Shown here piece after piece: positions 27,361 through 40,077 of a stretch of DNA of 64,000 nucleotides. A program made the position numbers and the translations under genes. Under the pieces are notes generated by a model. The model ran no database searches. It worked only from the letters and a program-made list of their open reading frames with translations, and was not told where the DNA came from. Each line of letters starts with the position of its first letter. Within the stretch, counting starts at the first letter, position 1. This stretch comes from Octopus sinensis (taxonomy: Eukaryota): NCBI RefSeq assembly GCF_006345805.1, contig NC_043006.1:13454001-13518000 (forward strand). Direction: 5' to 3'.

Positions 27361-30300
27361 TGTGTTTTCATTGTTTCTCTTGGATTCAAAGCTTCCATTT
27401 TAGGGCTGAAAAAACAAAAACAGGATATCTAGTTAAAGTTTGGGGACCACTTATGGTTCTTAAGAGTTTTGTTCTTAAATAGCTGATGTGTCCTGTGTTT
27501 GTGTTAGTATATATATCAAAATCAAAATCAAATTCGATGACTGGCGTCCGTGCTAGCGGGGTGCAAGGAGCACCAAACGAGTGTGATCATTGACAGAGTG
27601 GCTAACCGCCAGTAGCACTTAAAAGTCACCATTCAAGCGTAATCGTTACCAGCATCACCTTACTGGCATTCGAACCCCATGCTAGTAGGGTATTAAGAGC
27701 ACCATCCGAGTGTCATCGTTGCCAGAGTGGCTATCTGGCCTCTGTGCCGGTGGCATGTAAAAGACACCATTCGAGCGTGATCGTTACCAGCATCGCCTCA
27801 CTGGCACCTGTGCTGGTGACATGTGTAAAAGATTCGAGCGAGGTCGTTGCCAGTATCGCCTGACTGACCCCGTGCCGGTGGCACGTAAAAGCACCCATGC
27901 TCTCGGAGTGGTTGGCGTTAGGAAGGGCATCTAGCTGTAGAAACTCTGCCAGATCAAGACTGGAGCTTGGTGCAGCCACCTGGTTCGCCAGCCCTCAGTG
28001 AATTGTCCAATCCATGCTAGCATGGAAAGCAGACGTTAAACGATGATGATGATGATATATATATATATATCATCATCATCATCATCATCATTTAGCGTCC
28101 GTTTTCCATGCTAGCATGGGTTGGACGGTTCTACTGGGGTCTGTGAAGCCAGAAGGCTTCATCAGGCCCAGTCAAATCTGGCAGTGTTTCTACGGCTGGA
28201 TGCCCTTCCTAACGCCAACCACTCCGTGAGTGTGGTGGGTGCTTTTTACGTGCCACCCGCACTGGTGCCAGACAGAGCTGGCAAACGGCCACGAACGGAT
28301 GGAGCTTTTTATGTGCCACCGGCACGAGGGCCACGCGAGGCTGGCAACGGACACGAAACGGGGCGGTGCTGGCAACGGTCGCGAAACGGAAAGTTCTCTT
28401 ACATGCCACCGGCACTGGTAACACATCTGCAATTTCCATTGATCGATTTCCATTGATCGATTTCGATTCTGATCCTCACTTGCCTCAATGGGTCTTCACA
28501 AGCAGAGTTTCGACATGCCACCGGCACTGGTAGCACATCCGCAATTTCCATTGATCGATTTCGATTCTGATCCTCACTTGCCTCAACACGTCTTCACAAG
28601 TAGAGTTTTGTGTCCCAAGAAGGGAAGGTATGCATACGTAGGCTGGCTCCATCCCATGTAGAAGGCCACGGGTTGTGGACTCACTTGTCCTGCCGGGTCT
28701 TCTCGCGCACAGCACACTTCCAGAGGTCTCGGTCTCTAGTCATTTCCTCAGTGAGACCTAAAGTTCGAAGGTCGTGCTTCACCACCTCGTCCCAGGTTTT
28801 CCTGGTCTGCCTCTTCCACAGGTTCCCTCAACCGCTAGGGTGTGGCACTTTTTCACACAACTATCTTCATCCATTCTCGCCACATGACCATACCAGCGCA
28901 AACGTCTCTCTTGCACACCACAACTGATGCTTCTTAGGTCCAGCTTTTCTCTCAAGGTACTTACACTCTGCCGAGTGTGAGTACCGGCATTACACATCCA
29001 TCGGAGCATACTGGCTTCATTTCTAGCGAGCTTACGCATATCCTCAGCAGTCACGGCCCATGTTTCACTGCCATGTAGCATGGCTGTTCGTACACACGCA
29101 TCATACAGTCTGCCTTTCACCCTGTGCGAGAGGCCTTTTGTCACCAGCAGAGGTAAGAGCTCTCTGAACTTTGCCCAAGCTATTCTTACTCTAGCAGTTA
29201 CACTTTCAGCACACCCACCCCCGCTGCTGACTTGGTCACCTAGGTAACGGAAACTATCAACTATTTCTAGTTTTTCTCCCTGGAAAGTGACGGAAGTTGG
29301 TCTCAGAGCATTTTCAGTGTTTATTGTTCCTGAGCATCTGCCACATACAAAAACCATCTTCCTAGTTAGCCTTCCTTTGACATTGCTGCATCTCTTATGT
29401 GTCCATAGCTTACACTTGGTGCATCTTATAGAGTTTCTACCTACACCTTTTCTACAGATCGAGCAGGGCCATCTACCTGAAGGTGTTTGTGATTTGTCTA
29501 CCTTCCTACTGATTACAACTTTGGTTTTAGCTAGATTGACTCTGAGGCCCTTCGATTCTAATCCTTGTTTCCACACCTGAAACTTCTCCTCCAGTTCTGA
29601 TAGCGACTCAGCAATTAGAGCAAGGTCATCAGCATAGAGGAGCTCCCAAGGGCATCCTGTCTTGAATTCCTCCGTTATTGCCTGGAGGACTATGATAAAT
29701 AGGAGGGGGCTGAGTACTGAGCCTTGGTGGACCCCTACCTCTACCCGGAATTCTTCACTGTACTCATTTCCAACCCTCACCCTACTAGCGGCGTCCCTAT
29801 ACATGGCCCGCACAGCTCTCACTAACCATTCATCTATCCCTATTTTCTCATTGCCCACCAGATAAGGGATCGGGGGACCCTGTCGAAGGCTTTCTCCATG
29901 TCAACAAAAGCCAGGTACAGGGGCTTATCTTTGGCTAGGTATTTCTCCTGCAGCTGCCTTACCAGGAATATAGCATCAGTAGTACTTTTCCCTGGCACAA
30001 ACCCAAACTGCATCTCATCTAAACTAACTCTCTCTCTAATTAGTTGGGCTATGACCCTCTCCGTAACCTTCATCACCTGGTCCAACAGCTTGATACCTCT
30101 GTAGTTATTTGTATCTAGGGCATCACCTTTACCTTTGTAGCAGTTGACTATTATACTGCTACACCAGTCATTGGGTATGACCCCTTTGTGTATCACCTGA
30201 TTAACTATATGGGTGACTAGGCTATAGCCGACACTACCAGACATTTGAGCATCTCTGCAGTGATTCCTGATGGGCCTGGGGCTTTCCCTGTCTTCATGCT

Positions 30301-32791
30301 TCTAATTGCCTTAGCTACCACAGAACTATCAACTCGGATAGCTGGTCCCTCTGTTGGGTCAACATTCGACAGACTCTCTTTATCCCATTCATTTTCTTCA
30401 TTCAGCAACCTTTCATAGTGGCATCTCCAAACCTCTCTCTTCGCATCCTCATTTAGCGCAAGTGAACCATCTTCCATGCGAACACACTTCTCTCCTACCA
30501 CATCACGATTCTCTCTCAACACTGTCTTGCAACACGAAACACCTCCAGTCTTTGGTCCTCACGGCGCAGAACATTGGCAAATTTTTTCTTATCTGCTTCC
30601 CCTCTGGCTAAATAAACCTGTCTCCTAGCTTCTCTTTTGGCAGTCTGATACAATTCCCTGCTACCCCCATTTTTCCAGACCTTCCAAGCCTGTCTCTTTT
30701 CTCTAATAGCCCTGTCTACAATATTGTTCCACCACCACGTTATTCTAGGTCGAGAGGGGACTTTGCACCAGCCACAGATCTGGTCAGTGGCTCTCAGCAG
30801 GTTGTCCCTTAGAAACGTCCAGCTGTCTTCTACCCCCTGTGATGCTCTATCCCCTTCTACTTCGTCAGAGGCTTCAAGTAATATGTCCCTAAATCTCTGT
30901 CCATTTGCAGGATCTTTAAGCTTCCAGATCCTTCTTCTCCATATTTGTCGTCTTCTGGTTGTCCTCCTAGTCCTGATCCTAAAGTCACTAACTACCAGTC
31001 TATGTTGTGGGGTACATTCTTCACCTGGAAGGTTTTGGCATTTATAAGCAGCCATCTCTCCCTTTGCCTTGTAAGGATGTAGTCAATTTGGCTGGTATAT
31101 ATATATATACAGTACTGTGCAAAAGTTTTCAGTTACTTTAAACTATTGTAAATTTCTACTAACTGCCAACTTATAAGTGAATGTTTCGCATTGCGTTTTT
31201 TACAGATGAAGGATTGGAGTCATTTCCATACCTAGTATATTGCAGTAAGGGGTCTGAATGAGCAGAGTAGATATTAGACGACCACCAAAAATGGCTGCGC
31301 AAAAGTTTCGACCACCTCCCATAAACCTATCAAGATACAGCATTTTAAAACAGAAAAATGACTACAATGAAAATTTATTAGGTAATGTTCATTTCAAGAA
31401 GTTACTGTACATTGTTAATATTTTGTGTGGCTTCTTTTAACTTGAATTATTGTTTTAATGTGCCTGGGAAGAGATGCATACAAATCCTTCACCATCTTCA
31501 CAGGTATGAGATGCCATTCTCTGTGACCTTCTGACAAATTCTCACTTATTAGAATGCAGGATGACCCATGTTAAATTACTAAAACAGAGAAGTTTGGGAG
31601 TAAGAATCTGATGCTTTGGGGATACATAAAAGAAAGCTGGTTAAAATTGATGGTAACTTGAATAGTGTCAAATGCATCCAGTTCCTTCAGGACAATTTGA
31701 TACCAGACTTCGGTGAAGGTGAGATTTTTCAGTATGGCAAAGTTCCATGCCACAGATCGCATGCAACACAACAGAGTCTGGCTGATGAAGGTGTTACCGT
31801 ATTGAAAGATTGGCCAGCTCAGAGCCCTGACTTAAATATCATCATGTAAATGTAGACAGAACTAAACAGAAGAGTTCGTCAGAAGAATCCACAAGTGGCG
31901 AGCTGACAGAGCATTAGCACGTCAGGCGAAATGCATAGCCGTATTTTGTCTGCCGTTATGTTATGAGTTCAAATTTTGCCAAGGACGACTTTGCCTTTCA
32001 TCCTTTCGGGGTCTATAAATTAAGTACCAGTTACGCAATCAGTTTGTCTGTCCTTGTTTGTCCCCTCTGTGTTTAGCCCCTTGTGGGTAGTAAAGAAATA
32101 GATCTTGAAGAGTTGTGGGAGCTTAGCCACAGAGAATGACATCTCATACCTGCGAAGATGGTAAAGGATTTGTATGCATCTCTCCCCAGGCACATTGAAG
32201 CAAGTATTCAAGTTAAGGGAAGCCACACAAAATATCAACAATCTACAGTAACTTCTTGAAATGAACAGTATGTAGTAAATTTTCATTATAGACATTTTTC
32301 TGTTTTAAAACGCTGTATCTTGATAGGTTTATGTGAGGTGGCCAAAAGCTTTTGCACAACAATTTTAGGTGATTGTCTCACATCTTCCCCTGCTCATTCA
32401 GAACCCCTACTACAATATATAATGATTAGGTATGGAAATGACTCCAACAGGGCCAATGTTTCATCTGTAAAACGCACAGTGCAAAACATCCACTTATAAG
32501 TTGGCAATCAGTAGAAATTTACAATAGTTTAAAGTGACCAAAGACTTTTGCACAGTACTGTATATATATATATCAGCTTTTCAAAATGTGACCTCGTGTG
32601 TACTGTTGGCGATTTTTTTCCTCTGTCTTCCCTTCTCGGGATCTTTCCTTCTCCTATGTTTCCAATGAAGAGCTCCGCTCGAAACGTTAAACCCTCCTTC
32701 TTCCCTTCTTTCCTGAGCGTCCAATAATACTATATTTGTTCCACGTCCTCGCGTTGTTGTGTTTTTTTGTGTTTTCTTGTTTGGATTAACT

Positions 32792-32825
<34 letters not shown>

Positions 32826-35800
32826 GGAAATTGTAGCTAAGATACCCATGCCAGTGACACGTTAAAAAGCACCGTCCAAACGTGGCAGTTGCCAGCGCCA
32901 CCTGACTGGCATCTGTGTTGGTGACACGTAAAAGCACCAACCAATCGTGGCCATTTGCTAGCCTCCTCTGGCCCCTGTGCTGGTGGCATGTAAAAAAATA
33001 GCCACTACGCTCACGGAGTGGTTAGTGTTAGGAAGGGCATCCAGCTGTAGAAACACTGCCAGATCAGACTGGAGCCTGGTGCAGCCTCCTGGCTTCCCAG
33101 ACCCCCGGTCGAACCGTCCAACCCATGCTAGCATGGAAAACAGATATTAAACGATGATGATGATGATGATGCTATATATATATATATATATATACACACA
33201 TGCACAACGGGATTGTCTCAGTTTCCTTCAACCAATTTTTTCTCACAAGGCATTGGTCAGCCCAAAGCTATAGCAGAAGACACTTGCCCAAGGTGCCTTG
33301 CAGTAGGAATTTTACCATATCTTTTCTTTTAAATTATAGGAAATTTAATGAGAACACAACAGTATTATTTTTAACTGATTCAAATTTACTGCATTTTCTT
33401 TACATTTGACACTTTTCAAAAGTTCATTTATAATATCTGAAATGTTGCTTCCAATCTTAATTCTGACCTTTTTTTTTTTTTTTTTTTTGTTTTTTTTGTT
33501 TTCCAGGACTCTTTTGATGTACAAAATAATGATAAATCTACCCAAGATGAGAAAACAAAGAATTTAAGTTCCCACAAAGATAAAAGAGATAATACATCTT
33601 CTGAAACTGAGTCACTGTCAGAGTTTCTGAAGTTGAGTAAAAACAAAAAAGGTTTTGACTGGCATTCTTTCTCATCCAAACCTCTTCCATCTGAAGAGGA
33701 TGGCTATGAAAATCTCGATCGAGAAGAACATTCACCAAAGACTGATACAGAGCCATTCAGCGAGCCCTCGGAAGCAGGGTTTGTTGCTGAGCCTGGGCCC
33801 GAGTCTGATATCCTGCTAGTTAATAAGACGAACTCCCTCTACGAAGAATACTACTCTTTACTATCAAAACAGGATGACTCCCGAACTGAAAATCATTTTG
33901 TGGACAAACAAATGCCATCTTCTGTTGATGCTAAATCAGAACTTGAAGCCCATGTGTTGCATGAAAAAGAGGAAGTAGAAAATTTATCTTCAGAAAATTA
34001 CCCTACATTAAACTTCATCTTGTTATCAGAATTTGAGGAGTTTATCATTAAGACCTTTAAAAGAAAAACTGCTGATGGTTTAATATTGGTTTTAAGCATA
34101 GAACTTAAAATGAATCTGATTAAACAATTAGAATGTCAAATACAATTAACATGTGCTCACTTTTTAAAACTTTCTGTTGTTGATGTAAGTTTCTGTTTTC
34201 ATATTCCTATATTTGTTTTATGTGTAAACAAACATTTTATGATTGTTAAAGCAGTAGTTTTGTAGGCCCCTTGACAAGGAGTATTCAGCATGATTCCCTT
34301 TTCATGCATATGTTTTATAGCCTAATGCCATAAAACATATAGCCCTTTTGGCAGAAAATGACATACAAAGATATCATGTACATATTCTTTTTTCTTTTGT
34401 TCCTTCTCGAGCCATGCTTGGCTCATAAGGGCCTGTTTCCCGGTTTCCTTGGCATATAGGTTCTCCACCTGGATGGGACGCTGGTCCGTCACAGGTGAGC
34501 TGCAAGATGCAGGAGGAAAGAGTGAGAGAAAGTTGTGGCGAAAGAGTCAGCGGAAGTTCGCCATTACCTTCTGCCGGAGTTGCGTGGAGCTTAGGTGTTT
34601 CGGTCATAAACACATACATCGCCTGGTCTGAGATTGAACCCGCGATCCCTCGACCGCAAGTCCGCTGCTCTAACCATTAGGCCATGTGCCTCCACATGTA
34701 CATATTCTGAAACTAAGGCATATACAGTGTATTAAATATAGACATATATTACAATTATATTTAATTAGATATCTTTCAAAGTTTTTAAATATCCTTATCC
34801 TTATCTGTGCAGAGAAAAACAGAGCTACTGTTGATTTCATCATTATTACCATTATCATTTTAATGTCCATTTTCTTTTCCCTGTGTGCATGGATCAGACA
34901 GAATTTATTGTGACAGATGTCCTTTCTGCAGCTTGATGCCCTTCCTGTCATCAACCCTCATCTGCTTTCAAAGTAATATTTCCTTTTTGGAATAGTATGT
35001 CTTGATGCACACATAAAGCTGATATTTATAGTTTTATGTGTGTGTTTCAAGATCCACTATTCCAAAACAAAATTGTTTCACATTTTCTCTCCTCTCCAAA
35101 GGTTTATTGCATGAAGAAATATTCTTATGATGTTAGCAGAGGAATATTTCACACATGCCGGACATGTTTTCATGGAAGATTGGAAACAAAGGACACCACT
35201 TGTATGACAGTGATGCTTCTTTACAATTCTCATGCAATTTCATGAAAGAAAACACAAATAATCCCCACACACATACATATATAAATATTCATGTGTGTGT
35301 ATGTGATACACTTCATCAGTTTCCATTTTCTAAATTCACTCACAAGACATTGGTTGGTCCAGGGCTATTGTGGAAGACACTTGCCCACGGTGCCATTCAA
35401 TGGGACTGAACCTAAAACTATACACTTGTAAAACAAAGTTATTAACTACACAACCAGTTCTAGTTCTTAAACAGTGTACAATATCTAATGCATATTCTTG
35501 TTTCATTTTGTGTTTGTCCTATATACTGTTCTTTCAAGATTACTACTACTTCTACTACTACTAGTACTATTATTATTATTATTATTATTATCATTGTTGT
35601 TGTCATTTAGGATGCCTCTGGAGTATGGTCAGGCACCAAAACATCTGATATTTGTGGCACCATTCCTGTAACGTCTTCAAATAATCCTCTTTATATCGCA
35701 ATCAAAGTTAAACCTTTAGAAATGAGTGAAGAACAACTGTCTTTGGCTGGGAACTTGCAATTAAAACAAGAAAACTCAGTGGAAATGGTTGAGAAGCATT

Positions 35801-35966
35801 TCCCATTGGATCTAACATGGATTGATTTCTGCAAGTACGTTAAACATTTCATTTCTTCTACTACTCATAATAATACTCTTCTTCTTCTTCTTCTTCTTCC
35901 TCCTCCTCTTTTTCTTCTTCTTCTTCTTCTTCTTCTTCTTCTTCTTCTTCTTCTTCTTCTTCTTCT

Positions 35967-36016
<50 letters not shown>

Positions 36017-36085
36017 CTCCTCTTTTCTTCCTCTTCTTCTCCTCTTCTTCTTCTCTTCTTCTCCTCTTCTTCTTCTTCTTCTTCT

Positions 36086-36118
<33 letters not shown>

Positions 36119-37266
36119 CCTCTTCTTCTTCTTCCTTCTTCTTCCTCTTCTTCTTCCTCTTCTTCTTCTTCCTCTTCTTCTTCTTCCTCTTCTTCTTCTC
36201 TTCTTCTCCTCTTCTTCTTCTTCCTCTTCTTCTTCCTCTTCTTCTTCTTCTGCTTCTTCTTCTTCTTCTGCTTCTTCTTCTGCTTCTTCTTCTTCTTCTT
36301 CTTCTTCTTCTTCTTCTTCTTCTTCTTCTTCTTCTTCCTCCTCCTCCTGCTCCTCTTCTTCTTCTTCTTCTACTTCTTCTTCTTCTTCTGCTTCTTCTTC
36401 TTGTTATTGTTATTTAACTTCGTTGTTGCTCATTCTATTAAGACAGTGAGTATTATTTGAGGGAGATTCGGCTATTTTTAGCACATTGAACAACCACATA
36501 CAAGCTCTATCCCTTGTTGATTCCTCTCTGCTGTAAACAGCAAGCTCCACAGATTACTGAACCATGTAAAGATGACTCAAAATGGTCAGTGCAATCATCC
36601 TGCTAAAAATACCAGCCAAATCTCTACTACCTTCAGAAGAGGAGGATCACAGTGAATATTATAGCCTGGAGTAGATTATTTCTATCAAAAATATTCATAG
36701 ATACTCTTTTACTTGTTTCAGTCATTTGACTATTTAGTCAAGCAAATCAAACCTAGGACTTATTCTTTGTAAGCCTAGTACTTATTCTATCAGTTTCTTT
36801 TGCTGAACTGCTAAGTTACGGGGATGTAAACACACCAGCATCTGTTGTCAAGCGATGTTGTGGGGACAAACACAGACACAAAAATACACACACACACATA
36901 TATATACATATATACGATGGGCTTCTTTCAGTTTCCATCTACCAAATCCACTCACAAGGCTTTGGTCGGCCTGAGGCTATAGTAGAAGACACTTGCGCAA
37001 TGTGCCACGCAGTGGGACTGAACCCGGAATTATGTGGTTGGTAAACAAGCTTATTACCACACAACCACTCCTATGCCTATATGGTCATGTTTTGTTTTTT
37101 TCTTTTAAGTATTTCTCGATGCAGATATGGCTTTGTGGTTAAGAAGCTTTCTTTGCAACCATATGGTTTCAGATTCTGTCCCATTGCATGGCACCACGGG
37201 CATGGGTCTTCTGCTACATCTGCAACTCAGCCATGCCTTGTGAGTGGCTTTGGCAGACAGAATGTC

Positions 37267-37317
<51 letters not shown>

Positions 37318-40041
37318 TTGTTTCTGTGTTTCAACAGCTTGTGTTGGTTTGTCCCAATGCATGGCACCTTGGGCAAGTGTCTTCTACTATAACCGTGGGC
37401 CAACCAAAACCTTGTGAGTGGATTTGGTAGACAGAAACTGAAAAAAAGCCTGTCATATATGTGTGTGTGCATGTGTGTGTGTGTGGGTGCGCATGTGTGT
37501 GTGTGTTTCTGTCTGTGTTTGTCCCACTGCCAGCCACTGCTTGACAATTGATGTTGGTGTGCTTACATTCCTGTAACTTAGTGGTTCGGCCAAAGAGACT
37601 GATAGAATAAGTACCAGGCTTAAAATAAGTACTGATGTTGAGTCATTCAACTAAGCACCCTTCAAAGCAGTGCCCCAGCATGGCCGCAGCCTAATGACTG
37701 AAACAAGTAAAAGATGAAAGATAAAGATAGCTGTAACTTAGTGGTTTGATCAAAGAGACTGATGAAATAAGTACCAAACTGTAAAAAGAAGACATAAGTA
37801 TTGGAGTCAATTTCTTCAACTGTAGCCTTCAATACTGTGCCCCAGCACGGCCACAGCCTAATGACAGAAGCAAGTAAAAGATAAAAGTAAGATTTTGGCT
37901 TGTAAGAAAGAACCGTGCCCATGATATTTGCAGGTGCTCAAAAAATCATTTTGAGATCAACTCAGTTCATTCAGTGGAGCTAATGTTATGAGGAGAAGGG
38001 ATTGCAGAAATGGTTAGTGAGAAGGCTGGATCATGTCAACATGTTTGTTCCTTCTCGAGCTACGCCTGGCTCATTAGGGCCGGTTTCCTTGGCATATAGG
38101 TTCCCCACCTGGACGGGACGCTGGTCCGTTGCAGGTAAGCTGCTAGATGCAGGAGGAAAGAGTGAGAGAAAGTTGTGGCGAAGGAGTCAGCAGAAGTTTG
38201 CCATTACCTTTTGCCGGAGCCGCGTGGAGCTTAGGTGTTTCGCTCATAAATGCACACATCGCCCCGTCTGAGATTCGAATCCGCAATCCCTCGACCGCTA
38301 GTCTGCTGCTCTAACCACGAGGCCATGTGCCTCCACAATGTCAACATGGAGAAGCCAGGGCCTCTCCTTAGCTCATCAACTTTGCTGTTGTTGTTTAGCT
38401 CCTTTTTAGCCTTCACTGATCAGAGCTATGATCAAATATCTTCCAGTCATAGCCATCCCCTTTTACTGCCCGTTGGGTGTTGTCTGTCTAAGAATACATT
38501 ATCCTCTGTAATCTCTCCCATCTTCCTTTTTCTAAGATGCCAAAGTGCAATTTGAGGAAGATCTGGATGTAATCTCTTATTTCTTTATTACTCACAAGGG
38601 GCTAAACATAGAGGGGACAAACAATGACAGACATAGGTATTAAGTCGATTACATCAACCCCAGTGCGTAACTGGTACTTAATTTATCGACCCCGAAGGGA
38701 TGAAAGGCAAAGTCGACCTCAGCAGAATTTGAACTCAGGACGTAATGGCAGATGAAATACCTATTTCTTTATTACCCACAAGGGGCTAAACATAGAGGGG
38801 ACAAACAATGACAGACATAGGTATTAAGTCGATTACATCGACCCCAGTGCGTAACTGGTACTTAATTTATCGACCCCGAAGGGATGAAAGGCAAAGTCGA
38901 CCTCAGCAGAATTTGAACTCAGGACGTAATGGCAGATGAAATACCTATTTCTTTATTACTCACAAGGGGCTAAACATAGAGGGGACAAACAATGACAGAC
39001 ATAGGTATTAAATCGATTACATCGACCCCAGTGTGTAACTGGTACTTAATTTATCGACCCCGAAAGGATGAAAGGCAAAGTCGACCTCGGCGGAATTTGA
39101 ACTCAGAACGTAACGGTAGATGAAATACTGCTAAGCATTTCACCCGGCATGCTAAAGTTTCTGCCAGCTTGCCGCCTAACAGGCCTAACAACTACATTGA
39201 AATAGGTTAAACAACTTTTTTAATTTACAAATCAAAAAAAAAAGAAGCCCTAAATATATTAGTTTACATGTTGGCATCAAAAACTTTTCAAATGTTATTG
39301 TTTGTTTCTTTGTTTTCTATAACTATGCATTTCTGAATATGGTTTTACTTTTTCCAGCGGCTGTTCTATAGACATTGCAGAGTTTGCTGATGCCTGGCAA
39401 CAGTTCTCTCACATGGAGAAGATTTCTTTGGTGCTACCTCCAAATACAACATCCTTTGACTCTTATATTGACCAACTTCAGTTGCTTCTGCCAGCCAAAT
39501 GTATCTTTGGAAAAGGTGAGCAAAAAGAAAAAAAAGCAAGTTCCTATGTATTGTTTCATTATAACTGCTGTTTTATTTCGCACTTGCACAAAAGCCATAT
39601 CCTCCACAGGTATGGGGCAAACATTTCTGATTCATCTTTATATATAAAAGTGAAGTTGTGTGTCTGTCTCCTACGATTTAGATTCCTAACTACTCCCACA
39701 TTTTGCGGTGCAGTGTAACCAAAAGCGGGTATCTTATAGTCATGATTCATATCGAGCCCTTCTGGGTATTAGCCCGCGTCTACGATGAGTCTACGATTTA
39801 AAAAAAAATTTACCATCATTTTTTCCCATTTTTAATGCATTTTTTTGCTATTATATAAGGGAAGTAACTCTCTAAAAATGTTTTATTAAATCTCAGAACG
39901 TAAAATGCTACAGTAACACCCTGCTTTGTGGTTAGCCATATTGAGATGGCTATTATACTTTACATCTCTAAAAATGCGTATATAGTTATTTCCCTTACAA
40001 ACCCGAGCAACGCCTGGTGATACTGCTAGTTTGATATATAT

Positions 40042-40077
<36 letters not shown>

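Noticed and set aside
33650-33680. WxxF-like motif (FDWHSF) and YxxL motifs in the AP4E1 hinge
   Set aside because: Short motifs in a poorly conserved acidic linker; not meaningful without cross-species conservation
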